DNA of 62,954 nucleotides, filler included, from Craspedostauros australis (GCA_030167865.1; 16 parts of 16 records of this genome joined end to end with filler, not necessarily neighbours in it), one strand, 5' to 3'. Positions 11,658 through 23,697 are shown, counted from the first letter of the whole stretch. Numbers and translations are program-made. The notes: generated by a model from the letters alone, not told the origin.

Positions 11658-12319
11658 TCCGGCCCTGTTCTGTACTGTTCAGCAACCCCATCTCTGTCGT
11701 CTTCACATTCCCTTTGGGTACTCTGCTCGAGATTACGACACTGCAAGACAACACCAAACAATACCAACATTCGATGACTACTCGTGCAATTGCCGATAGC
11801 CACCAACTATTATATTAGAATACAATATGATCTGAAACCCCTTTCTGGTCGTACAAGTACGCAAACGCTGGTCAACCATCGCGTTGCTTGCAAGAGCAAC
11901 TGTTGTGACTCTCTCAATGCATTGTACCAGTGACTCGTCAAGGTTATGTGGTCGATGCATTACATGATGCGCACTTGTACACGTACGAGTGAGAAGTTTG
12001 GATCGAATGGAGCTCCACGAACAACCAGCAGCCTCGATCCTCTCGCTTGTGCACGCTCTGTTCATTCTGTGCCTGCGCACTTGTTATGTTTGCGTGTCTA
12101 TGGTATTTCTCCAAGCTTCTCCCACGCATGGTTTGAACGTTGCGAGATATCTTCGTCGTATGTGCTTGTGGACAAGTTCTTTGGACCGCCACAAGACTGC
12201 TGTCATCGCCATCAGTCTGCTCATGCCATACGATGATGCCATGGTGGTTGCTTCGCCTGCACGATGGCAACTCCGCTGCTCGTACGTACGAATATCCCGT
12301 CCGCCACTCGATGCTCAAT

Positions 12320-13504
12320 TTACAATTCGCCATCTCCCACGTCCGGCTTCGTCCCGTCGCGAGCTAACTTTGGCGCTGGATCTGACGGACCAAACCCAAT
12401 TGTCTTCCTTGGTCGTATGAGCGGAATGAAGAACGTTTCATCTCCGCTCTGCAATCGCAATTCCTCATTCTCTTTATCCAACACGCCCTGGTGGCGGTCC
12501 AGAAAGTCGGACCCGAGTTGCAGGCCCATCCTGGTGCCATCGACATTGTGAATGGCGCCTGTCTTGACGATTTCCAGCCGGTCCATCGCAAACGTGCCGT
12601 CCATCATCTTCAGCAGAATGGGAGGCGAAGCCTGCGGCGCGGCCGCATCTGCTTCAGTGTCGCCCGGCGTGCATTTGCCGTCGCCGTGTTTGCTTGTGCC
12701 TGTGCCCGCATCTGCGTTGCCTGCGGAACGTTTTTCCTTCACCTTGCCCTTACCCAGCCATCGTTTCCACCAGCTCTGCTGTGTTGATGAGGAGAGCCCG
12801 ACCGAATCAATCGCAACGTACTCTTTGCCGGATCCCGAGTCGCGCCAAACACGCCAGTGCGACGGTGAACCCCCAGCTTCCTTGTGCTTGTTGAAAAGAA
12901 TCTGAAGTCCTTCGGTCGTTATGCGTGACGTCTTGAGTTTGACATCCACCATGGTGTTCAAAGGGACGACCTTTGGCTTGGCCGCAGAAGCGGTTGCTGT
13001 GGCGGCCGCGGTGGCAGATGTTGGGTGTTGCTCAACCTTGAGATGGGGGATGATGATGCCGCACGGTATCTGCGGAAGCGGGGCTTTGTCCACATGCAAT
13101 CCAGGATGCGTCGCCGTAGCCTCGGATGCATCCTGCTGGTCGCCAGAATCGCGCTGGTCTTCGAACTCCATGTCGCTCCACCAAGATTCGGGCTCTTCAG
13201 CGTCCTTGCCTCCGGCAGCTCGCGTGACAGCAGATGGCGCAGGAGCTGCGTTCGCAAAGACGCCGGTTGGCAAAAACCCAGACGAACTCAACGCTGTCTG
13301 GCTTGGCACGTCGGGGCTTGTCGCCGTCGCGCGCTGCGTTGTCAACTCCAAAGCGCCGACGCAAAGCGCAGCCGCAACTGCGATTGTCGCCGACGTCCGA
13401 AGCAAGGAAAGGGACGGTCTCCGAAGACTGCTGACCCTGTTCGCAGCGCTCTTCGAGCTACCGTCCTCGCTCGTCGTGTCTGCGTTTGTTGTTGCCGATT
13501 GCAT
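12320..13504 (-). CDS. Membrane-anchored protein with a degenerate Ddi1/retropepsin-like aspartic protease fold
   Basis: First ATG at 13504. Hydrophobic segment TIAVAAALCVGALEL. VPLNTMVDVKLKTSRI and LQLGSDFLDRHQGVLDKENEELRL resemble the two hallmark retropepsin segments. Confidence 0.6.
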   Translation of the reverse strand: MQSATTNADTTSEDGSSKSAANRVSSLRRPSLSLLRTSATIAVAAALCVGALELTTQRATATSPDVPSQTALSSSGFLPTGVFANAAPAPSAVTRAAGGKDAEEPESWWSDMEFEDQRDSGDQQDASEATATHPGLHVDKAPLPQIPCGIIIPHLKVEQHPTSATAAATATASAAKPKVVPLNTMVDVKLKTSRITTEGLQILFNKHKEAGGSPSHWRVWRDSGSGKEYVAIDSVGLSSSTQQSWWKRWLGKGKVKEKRSAGNADAGTGTSKHGDGKCTPGDTEADAAAPQASPPILLKMMDGTFAMDRLEIVKTGAIHNVDGTRMGLQLGSDFLDRHQGVLDKENEELRLQSGDETFFIPLIRPRKTIGFGPSDPAPKLARDGTKPDVGDGEL

Positions 13505-15580
13505 ACCTTCCGACTTCAAGTATCCAAGAGGCGACGCTGTCAATCTATTAGAATACTATATAATATATTGTATTGTATTATAATATGTTCAATCTCTGCA
13601 CGGCATCAAGTATGGGCATGGTCGATGTGTAATAATACTATGCTAATAGCGTGGTGCCATGTTGATGCCTGGTGTTGCCCGCGTCTCGCCGAATCTGTCA
13701 CGTGGATCGCTTCGCACTTTGATGTTTCCGAGTGATGCACGATTCGACCCAGTCGAACAACAGGCACGTTTCATTCGAAGTGTCAACAACAACAATCCGA
13801 ATTCAAACGGCAATCAAACCGCCGAAATCGGAGTCACACAATTGTCATGTGGATTGGAAGGCAACGGCAACTGCACGACTTGAATTTGAAAGCGAACAAC
13901 AACATGAACACAAAATGGCAAAACCAGAAAAATGAATTCCGACCAACACACAAAACGGACGAGGAGCAACACGCAGAGATGGCATTGGCAACAGCAAAAT
14001 GGTCCCACTATTTGTGGCAAGCAACTGCGCGGTGGGTGCGGTCACGCCTTTCATTTATGCCATACAACATGCCTCATTCGATGTACGCACAGTGCATGGC
14101 TTCTTGTAACTACTATTATACTATATATGTATGGTACATGTGGATGACCTGTATGACCACCTCTCCAGTTCTGCACGATCGAACACAGCATCTACTTCGA
14201 TGTTAGATATTTCCCAGGCAATCCAATCCCTTCATCTCCGCGGCGTTTGGTCACCTTCTCGCTGTGCTGCGCATTCCATGCCATGATGCGCGGCGCCGTC
14301 CCAAATGCAACACTGCATCCACGCCAACATTGTGAGTATCGGGAGCGGCACGATGGGTTGCACATGGATGTGAAAAGTCGGTGCGCGATATCATGCATGC
14401 CACCGTTGTGAGCTGGTGCCGTTGATGTGTCGTGTCCACGGTTGAACCATACCCTACACACGTGCAACCATGAATCGACGCGTCACTCGGAAGTGACAAT
14501 TTCCGTTTGTGTCTTGTGAATTGGAACTTCCGTTTCATCTCTTCCCAGGACATTCAGGATCGACCATGGCGCCAATCGGGACACATCATTGTCACACACG
14601 GTGCGCGGCGATGGCAAGTGCGTGAGGACGAGCAGGAATAGGTATCTCAGGTACGGCACACGCAGGTGAGAGAAGAAGTCTTGTGGGAGAGTGGATGTCC
14701 GCAGCGGCTTGGCATGCCCACGATGATCGTTGTATCGGCACCCAGGAATTGGACTCAGCTATGCCCATCCCCGGCTCTATTCTGTTCGCTGTGGGGCCAA
14801 ACTTTCCCACCCGCTTCCGTTCATCTCCCAACTGCCGACAACTCCAATCATTCATTCATCCATTCGCCATCTTCCCCAATCACGGACATCCCATAGCCAC
14901 TGATGCTTCCAATTCGCAGGCGCGCAGATGGGTGGGATGGGTATGGCATAATTGGAGAGGGATGGACGTATGCGTGGGTACTCTCCGACCAGCCACCAAA
15001 ACCGACCAAGGTGTCATTTTTGTCTGTTGTTGTATGTGTCCATCATCAAACTATCCAAAGTCACGTGGGCGGAAGGAGAAATGACGCCCATTCGTGTGAA
15101 CGAGCGTTCCCTCTTACGCCTTTCGTCCAGCCCATTCGCGAAAAATTGTGAACAAACGATCGTTGGCCATTGCCCATCCCTCGATGGCACCATTCTCGTG
15201 TTACACCCGACCATGCTCCACCTACGAGCACATCCCATCACCTACCTTTCCACCCAGAAATTTTGCTGACCATCATTGTGTTGATCGCGAGTTCCGAGCA
15301 CAACCCTCACAAAGCGTACAGCAACCCCTTGCTGTCGCTCGGTCTGCCGATCTCATCCATCTCTCTGTCATCACAAAATTGGCACAGAGACAACACCAAC
15401 GCACTACCACATCCAGACAGCAGTTCCGAGCGGCCGCCCAAGCAACTCCCTTGTCACTGACACTGCCATCCCTGCCATTTTCACAAGCTCGACGTCCACA
15501 TCCAAGTCCAAGTCCACGTCCAGCTTCCGACCATCATGCAAGCCCAACAACAACAACAACAACGACGCGTTCGCAACGCG

Positions 15581-18390
15581 ATGACGCTCACCGTCTGCAT
15601 CTTCATGATGCTCTTGCAGCAAACTCATGGCCACGGCTTCATGTTCGACCCTCCGAGCCGCAACTACGTGGCCCACGTCCAGGGCGTCAACCCCAAGGTC
15701 GGATCCGAGATCGGCGTGCCTTCCGTCGAGTACTGTCCGCATTGCCTCAACCGCAGCAACGGCCTTTGCGGTCTGTCTGAACAGCACGGCCAAGACGGAG
15801 CCTTCGGCGATTACGACGCGTGGTTGGATTCCACCCGCCAGCACGTGATGCCATGGATGTCCCAGGCAACCTACATCGAAGGCGATGCCGTCATGATCCA
15901 GTCCAACCTCTGGGTGCACCACGGCGGGCACATGGAGGTTCGTGCGTGTCCCATGGGCCGGCAATCGACGAAGGATTGCATGGAGGATCACAAGCTCACC
16001 TTTGTGGAGGATGTCGCATACGGCATGCCAGCTGGTGAGTAAAGGGCGCAAGTCGTACCTATGCGAAGGCGAAAACCGTTGAAATATTGCGCCTGCCATT
16101 ATTGCATGTGGGTGGGAATGGACACGCGGAAGGGCGCGTCGGGTTTCCCATGTCTCTTGGCCACCAACTCGCACCTTGTGTCCTGTTGCATCATTCACAT
16201 CACGTCTCACACGCTCCACCTTCCGCATGCTTTCCTTTTCGAACATGCGTCATGGCGCCATCGCGCGACGTCCTTTTCTTCGTCATCGATGGTATTCGTG
16301 CGTGCGCCCGGTGACATGAACAACCCTCCGATCGAGCAGACCCCAACTACCCCGAGCGCGGCTACTACTACGGTGGCGCGCAATGGGATGGCTACGACTT
16401 CGCCATGAGCTTCAAGCTTCCGGAAGACTTGGTCGGAACCGAAGTTCTGCTCCAGTGGCGCTATGTCACTGCCAATTCTTGCACTCCCATTGGATACGCG
16501 GACTACTTCGCTTCCAACCCAACCATTCCAAGCAGCTTCTGGAATAGCGAACTACGATTGTGCCCAGTAGACCTTCCGTGGGATGGCAGTCTTGCCAACG
16601 GAGCACCGGAGCAGTTCTTCAACTGCGCCGAAGTCTCGATCACTCCGAAGTCCTCCACGGTGGACGGCACTGATCCCACCACAACCACCAGCAGCACCAC
16701 TTCCGTAATCACGACCAATTCAGCGCCAACCACCACCACCACCACTGCATCCACTGCAGTCGACGAAACGGGCGACATCAACAATCGTAGTGGCCCGAAT
16801 CTGATCGCCTTTGTTGGCAACTGGCTGGAATGTCCGTCCGTGGAACAGTACAGCCAGTACACGCACGTGATGATCTCGTTCGCCGTGAGCTACCGATGGC
16901 AACCCGGCAAGAACGCTTGCAGCGCAACCTGCGAGATCGAAATGCCGCCGATGTGCACCGGCGCGTCCGCGAACACCTTCGTGAAGGATCTCCAGGACGC
17001 TGGCAAGAAGGTCTTGCTGAGCTTTGGCGGTGCTGGCATGGGAGGGAGCTGGTCAAGCTCGGTGGATGACTGCTGGGAGCACTGCTTCGGCCGAGAGGCC
17101 CAGGTCGTGGGCCGCGTGGCGGAGATCGTCCACACGCTCGGCCTCGACGGTGTCGACATCGATTACGAGTACTTCTACGAAGACAACCAGCGTAACTCCG
17201 GGTTCAACAAAGGCAAGCAGGCGCAGCACTTCATCACGCAGCTGACGACGGGACTCCGTGACGCGCTTCCGAAGAACCAGGGGTACCTCATCACCCACAC
17301 CCCGATGGATATTGACCTTCTCCCAGGCACGGCATATTTCAACATTCTGAGGGACATCAACGACGCCATCGACTTCATCATGCCGCAGTATTACAACGGA
17401 ATCACAAGACCAATCCTCGACGGCGTGACCGGATTCCGTCCCGGATATCCATCCACCGGTGAGCATTTCATGGCCATCGCCACGCAGGTGTTCCGCGGTG
17501 ATACGACCAAGGTGTTGCCAGGATTCTGCAACGGCGACTGCGCCGGAACAGGTTCGAATGCCAACGGTCCTCAGGCCGCGAAGGTGATGGAGGATCTGCT
17601 TGGGTATTTGGGTGGGAGCTGTCCAGGCGGGGCCTTCTTCTGGGTTGCCACTGACGATGTCGGTGGCGCATGGTCCACCCAAGTGCAGGCGGCCATGTCC
17701 AGTGACGACTGGAAAAGGAATTGTGCAGGGCTGGAAGTCGGAGTCATCACCTCGCCTCCGACCATCTCCGATGACGCCGCGCCAGCAACACGAGGGCCAA
17801 CCGCATCCCCCGTGTCCATCGAGCAGCCGACACCTGCAACACCCGTGAACCCTCAATGCCGAAGTTGCACCGGTGGTTCATCCGGAGAGTGTCAGAAGCC
17901 CAGTGACGGCCATTGCTGGCCTTACAGACACGCGGCGACGCGTGAATGCTACACGGGCACCATCGATTGCGGGGTCCAACAGGCGGAACCGGCCGCATCG
18001 CCCACCAGCTCGCCCACCGCATCGCCCACTAGCTCGCCCATCGCATCGCCCACTAGCTCGCCCACCGCATCGCCCACTAGCTCGCCCGTGGACAGCACGC
18101 CAATCACGGACCGCCCCACTGGTGCTCCCACAAAACAAGCCGATGGCGCCAGCGGCAGTGTTGACGAAGATTTGAATTGCGGCTTGGAGTGGGATCATTG
18201 CAACTTGCCCGGCAAGTCATGTTGCACCGATTACGAATGCATCCAATACGACAGCTACACCTCCATGTGCCGCCCAATCGCAGGGAAGTGTCTTCCAGAA
18301 GGAGAGGCGTGTCTTGGCGAACAGCTGGCGTGCTGCAACGGCTTGGAATGCCAAGGCGACGAATGGTACAAGTTCTGCCAAGAGCCATAG
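15581..18390 (+). CDS. Secreted AA15-type LPMO fused to a GH18 chitinase, with Cys-rich/CBM1-like C-terminal modules, about 834 aa, 2 exons
   Basis: Exons 15581-16034 (alternative ATG 15536) and 16340-18390. The phase-1 intron G|GTGAGT...GCAG|AC restores MPA-D-PNYPERGY. The signal peptide ends just before His1 (HGFMFDPPSRN, 15632). LPMO motifs HHGGHME, LLQWRYVTANSC and EQFFNCAEV. GH18 motifs LSFGG and LDGVDIDYE. Confidence 0.92.
17995..18087 (+). repeat. 24-nt coding repeat (ASPTSSPT/I), about 4 units
   Basis: GCATCGCCCAC(C/T)AGCTCGCCCA.. units forming a linker in the chitinase. Confidence 0.85.
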
Positions 18391-19954
18391 CTTCATCCCC
18401 TGGGATTGTGAACAACCCCGGATGTCCTGTAGGAATAGGAGTACAAGTACAAGTACAATAAAACAAGATAATACAATAAAAATGGAATAGACACCGTGCT
18501 CCATGTATGGTGCCAGTGACGATTCGGCCTTGCTCGTACTTCGTTAGCACCCTCCGAGAGCAGTATGCTCCAAGGTGCTTGTCGCAGGTAAGGACCGGAG
18601 TCAGCGTGGAAGGAATTTGGGTCACCCCTGATACAGTAGCCGTTTCATCGCGTCGCCATCGTCACCGTGGAGGCGGCAGATATGAGGCTCTGGTCAGCCA
18701 TGCGCCAAAGGTTGACTCGCTTGGCGAAGACGTGGTGGTTGTGCCGAGACAGGCCGATGATGTGAACGAAGCGCGGATCTTGCGGTCTTCGCGTGCGTCG
18801 GCCGAGAGAAGCTTCTTGGGATCTCTATCCGGAATGAGGCGGCTGGGATCGGTCCACTTGAGCACTTCGCTCCTTTTGGGTCCACTCTACCATACGAGCA
18901 CGGTTCCGTGAGCAACGGTTTTCCTTCGTAGGTGCTCCTTGCTGCCTTGAGCGAGTTGAAAACGCGACTTCGTCATCAATCCGAGGGAGGGCATTCGTCG
19001 AGGACTGGGGACGAGTTGAGCGAAGAACTTCAATGCATTGGCCATGGGACTATCGATTGACATGGTGGGTGATCTTCATCTTTGTTTGCGCTCCGCTGCG
19101 TTGCGTCTGGTCGGAGGTCCCTTGTTGATGTCGGATGTTGCCGATGCTCATTCTTTTGTTTGGATTTGAGTGGTCAAACTTGTCGAGGACTTCGGAGTAT
19201 CTTTGATTGCGTGCGGAGCGTGGTGAACCAATCAAAACTCTGCGTAACCATGACTTGGGCGTTGTGTGGTATCCACAAAAAACGTGGTCGTGTACCATGG
19301 CACAACCTCGGCAAGCAAACAAGCCTCTTGGTACGTCTCTGTCTCTCCCTCGCTCCACCAATACGAGTACAGAGGGACGTGAGGATGAAGTATCCACCCT
19401 CGCATAGTACTGAAAGGCACTACGGTTTCGCTTTTGACAAGTGAAAACGGAATTTTGCGCCTCTCGAAGCATGTCTGCACAAACAGCAACGTCGTTGGCA
19501 ATGGTACACCACCGCCCAGTCATATCCATAATGATTTTGGCCTGGTACTGGCCTACGTAGCTTGCGTCCGGACGCAAATTGGACGCTCAGTTTGCGTCCC
19601 CACGCAAATTGGNNNNNNNNNNNNNNNNNNNNNNNNNNNNNNNNNNNNNNNNNNNNNNNNNNNNNNNNNNNNNNNNNNNNNNNNNNNNNNNNNNNNNNNN
19701 NNNNNNNNNNNNNNNNNNNNNNNNNTTTTTCGCTGGCCATCTCGACTCACGACATGACTCATGTCTTAGTTCTATAATAATCGCTGCAGTTGTGGTAATT
19801 GAACAAACAATAATCATGATTCGTGCTCCACCCTCCTTGTTGTGTTACACCGTTNNNNNNNNNNNNNNNNNNNNNNNNNNNNNNNNNNNNNNNNNNNNTT
19901 AATTAATTAANNNNNNNNNNNNNNNNNNNNNNNNNNNNNNNNNNNNNNNNNNNN

Positions 19955-19997
19955 TACATGCCATGTCAAACGAAACTTTCGTTTGACATGGCATGTA
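19955..19997. repeat. Perfect 21-bp inverted repeat with a 1-nt loop
   Basis: TACATGCCATGTCAAACGAAA-C-TTTCGTTTGACATGGCATGTA at the first base of the contig. Confidence 0.95.
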
Positions 19998-20657
19998 ATT
20001 TGAAGAGTCCCGCCAAATACGAACTCCACGCGGAAGTATACTGAATTGACAATTTTTTATCCAATCAGAAGCGTACATGTTTCTTCGGTTCGCATCTTCA
20101 TTGTTCTTGAATTGCCTTGTTTCTTTCCTAGACTATCGTTGATGTGAACGGTTCGAGTCAAGCTGATCCTTGCCTTTTCGCAGGCTTTGTCCTCAGGCAA
20201 CCAATTCCACACATGTCGAGACATGTTTTGGAGAAGTCGTAGTTGTTGTTTACCACATAGATTATAGTCTTTAACTATGCGCCGTAGGCGCTTTGTGACG
20301 CCTCGTTTTTCTGCATGAGTCATCCGGCAGGAACGGATGATGTTGGGGAAGCTGCTGTCCTTGTGGTGTATTCGATTGTGTGCATTATATAGCGTGCATT
20401 AGATAGTGTAGGTGTAGTTAGAGCATGCATGTTATAATAATAGTAATAACGCACAGATTATCCCCTCACACGAGGGTCGCCTCGAAAGCTTTAACGTCGC
20501 CGGCGTACAGCAAGCCCATACGGGCCGACTGCGCTCGAACGACCTACCTAGATCTCTCACTCCTTGGTCTACCACGGGTTGCCAATTCCACGGGCCATCA
20601 AACATACCGCACTGGGCACGCAACTGTTGTCGCCGTGCACTTCGCATTCTTTTTCTG

Positions 20658-22421
20658 TCATGGTGGAAGACGCCGCTGCCGTACCTGCCGTACCTGCCTG
20701 CCTGCTATACGCTGTCGCGCCGCATACGTCTTCCGTTTTTGCCGCCGTCCAAGCGGACTTCTTGTTCGTCGCTGCACTCCTGCCAGTCGAGCCGCCCTGA
20801 CATGCTGGACCCACCGCATCTGGTTCTGCGCAGACTGTGCCCGAACCGCTGCCTCTGTCGTATAAGTCAGCAGTCTGGTGTCGTCGCCACCGATGTCCTG
20901 TGTGCCTTTGCGCCACTCGTCCTGTACCGCCTGCTTCGCTTCCCGGGAGATTTCGGCAGCTTCGGCCGCAACTTCGCTTTCATGCAGCACTTTGTTGCGC
21001 GCCGTCCATGCTTTCCACCTGACTTCCCAGAGCCCTGCCATAGCTTTCGCAATCCAATTCGCCGGCCGTCCGGGGCTATCGTTCGCCAGCATGGTGGATT
21101 CCTGAATCTTCTGCCACTTTGCCGACCACCGTCCTCTTACCAGCATGCCCCAGCCTATCGCTGCTTGTTCTTCCACTGCTTTCCTCAGCTGTGGACCACC
21201 ATCGATAGATACTGTCCTGCCTTCGCTCCATGCACGCACCTGTCGCACAAGCTCTCTCACCATCGTCCCATCTCCTCTCGCCGCCATCATCTGAGTCTCC
21301 CATTGCTTCAAAGCCTCGAGTCGCACCGCCACCGCCAGTGGATGTGCGCATTGCATCACATGCTCCGTGGTCTCTTCTTGATCTTTGCATATTGGGCACT
21401 TGTCATTGCTCCAAAACCTCCATTTGCGCATGTTGCGCCCGACCGGCCCAAAGCTGCACGCGTGCTTTGCCACCCACTTCCGTCTCGACGGCTTCAGACT
21501 TGCCATTGCCAGTCGAGCTGCATGAGCGTCGACCTCTCCTGCTTCCTCCTTTTGGAGCCGGCCTACTTTGCATTGCCAGTGTACTGTCCGTCGCCCCTGA
21601 ATGCACCTTCGTAGCATCGACGCCGTATCAGTACACACCTTTCTCCCGCCGACCCATATCGCCCATTCCTGGTGGCACATTTCTTCGTCTTCACACGCCG
21701 CTGTCGCAGACTGAGCTGCCCCTGCGGCTTTGTCGACGTCGTCGTTCCACACTGCATACTCATCCTGTTTCACNCCTCGGTCCCGCTCCAGCTGATGGCC
21801 GTAGACATGCTTGTACTTCAGCTGTACTGTCAGCCTCCGCTGGATACTTCGGATTTCGCGGAGCATGTCAAAGTGTTGCACTGACACGCCCACATCCCGA
21901 GTGTATTCCACAGCGTGAATCCCGGCCATCTTGTTGTCACACGCGACGATGATTTCCTTTCCTTGCACCGCTGGGCCGGCCCCGTGCGCCTCTATGATCG
22001 CTTCAACCCTACGTAGGGCTTGCAGGATGCCACCTATCTCGGCTCTGTATGCGCTCTTACCTCCTCGCGCCCTGGGACTGCGCTTGCTGCCGACACTTGG
22101 CCTCGCCTCTGCCCTTGGATATTGAGAGAGTATGCTGCAGTGCTCCGTCCGTTTTTGTACGACCCATCGGTACTGATAACCGCCTTGCCTTGGAGCACCG
22201 CCTCCAGCCACCGCTGCTTGGACCGTCTCACCCGCGTGTTGTGCTGGTTTCCGTGGCGTCCTGCTCGGCCCCCTGTACCCACAACTCGCATTCGTTCTGG
22301 CCGCTCCCGCACATAGACCACCCTCCAGTCTTCTGGCGGCTCCTTCGCCGTTTCTCCCGATCGTACGTATTCTGCTACGCCTGAGGCCTTGCCTCCATAT
22401 GCGTTCCATCGTCGCCATTTG
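20658..22421 (-). mobile_element. 3' part of a non-LTR retrotransposon ORF with RNase H and a CCHC zinc finger (Ambal-like), frameshifted
   Basis: RNase H motif ISTDGSY lies in the frame open from 22420. After a 1-nt shift near 22060 come SAYRAEIGG, VACDN, KHVYGHQ and WNDDVDKAA. Zinc finger CPICKDQEETTEHVMQC. Confidence 0.85.
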
Positions 22422-22521
22422 NNNNNNNNNNNNNNNNNNNNNNNNNNNNNNNNNNNNNNNNNNNNTTAATTAATTAANNNNNNNNNNNNNNNNNNNNNNN
22501 NNNNNNNNNNNNNNNNNNNNN

Positions 22522-23597
22522 GAGCCAATCATCCACGAGGTGGATCCAAGACGCGAAGTAAGCTACGAATGCTGCTTCAACGCGCACGACCTGATCGGTT
22601 CATACAGCGACGAAGCTGAGATGGACGACGAGGCCAACGATAGCGACATCGAAGAGGCCATGAGCGATGACGACGACGACACCAACGAGAACGGCGTAGA
22701 TGAAGACGACGAGGCGAACCGCGGCGCGGCGCCGCCTCCTCCAGCGGCGGGGAACAACAGATCGGGCATCTTCGACGAAGATGACAGCGACGAGTCCGAA
22801 GACGGCAATCATCCAGACGACAGCTTTAATCCGAACGAGCGCGTCGTCTACCCAAGAGACATCGACTTCCCACCGATTGAGAATCCCAACGAGTCCAATT
22901 ACCTTCATCGTCATGACACTGTCCCATATGCAACAGAAACAGCATTGGTGATTCAGAAGCAACTTATCTTTGACGCCGTAATGGAAGCAGGGATGCGACT
23001 ATTCCCAGGAGTCGCACAAGGAGTGCTCAGACCAATATGGGTGAACATGATGGGATCCATCCTATCCGAGAACTTCAGATCAATCGAAGAGATTCTCGCC
23101 AATTCGGTCGTCATCAACCGCATACTCGAAGCGAATGAGACAGAGACGATCCCAGAAACGGATCTACACTACATCCTTGGAGGATGCATGCGTGTACTCT
23201 TGCGCGAGCGATCACGCGTCCATCCATACGATCCAGCCACAGGATCACATCGAAGCAACACGATTCCATCGGACGACGCGCAACTACCCGACAACATGGA
23301 TGACGAGGAACATCACAATCCATACAACGAAGATGGAGTTCACGAAGATGACGATGACGGCAGCTTCAACGACGAGATAGCTGCGGCAGCCGTGGAGCAG
23401 CTCCACGAACTCAGCACCAGATACAAGGACAAGGTCAACAAGNACACNTGGCTCGCCGACAGCGGAGNNTCGTGTCACATCGTCAATTCNGANGCCGCTC
23501 TCTTCAANGTGCGGCACATCAAGTCATTCGTCCAAGTGGGAGACAGCACGAAGCTGGACTCTCCCAAAATGGGATCCATTCGCTTGAAGGTCAAGCA
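22522..23597 (+). mobile_element. Ty1/copia gag-pol fragment (acidic linker plus protease)
   Basis: The frame is open across the contig. WLADSGxSCHIVN...VQVGDSTKL...GSIRLKV is the copia protease signature. Confidence 0.8.
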
Positions 23598-23697
23598 NNN
23601 NNNNNNNNNNNNNNNNNNNNNNNNNNNNNNNNNNNNNNNNNTTAATTAATTAANNNNNNNNNNNNNNNNNNNNNNNNNNNNNNNNNNNNNNNNNNNN

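Noticed and set aside
18500..19577. Short minus-strand ORFs downstream of the chitinase
   Set aside because: They are fragmented by stops and show no recognisable domain, so a gene cannot be supported.
22050..22066. GAG|GTAAGAG at the LINE frameshift resembles a splice donor
   Set aside because: RNase H motifs continue immediately downstream, leaving no room for an intron. A 1-nt indel explains it.
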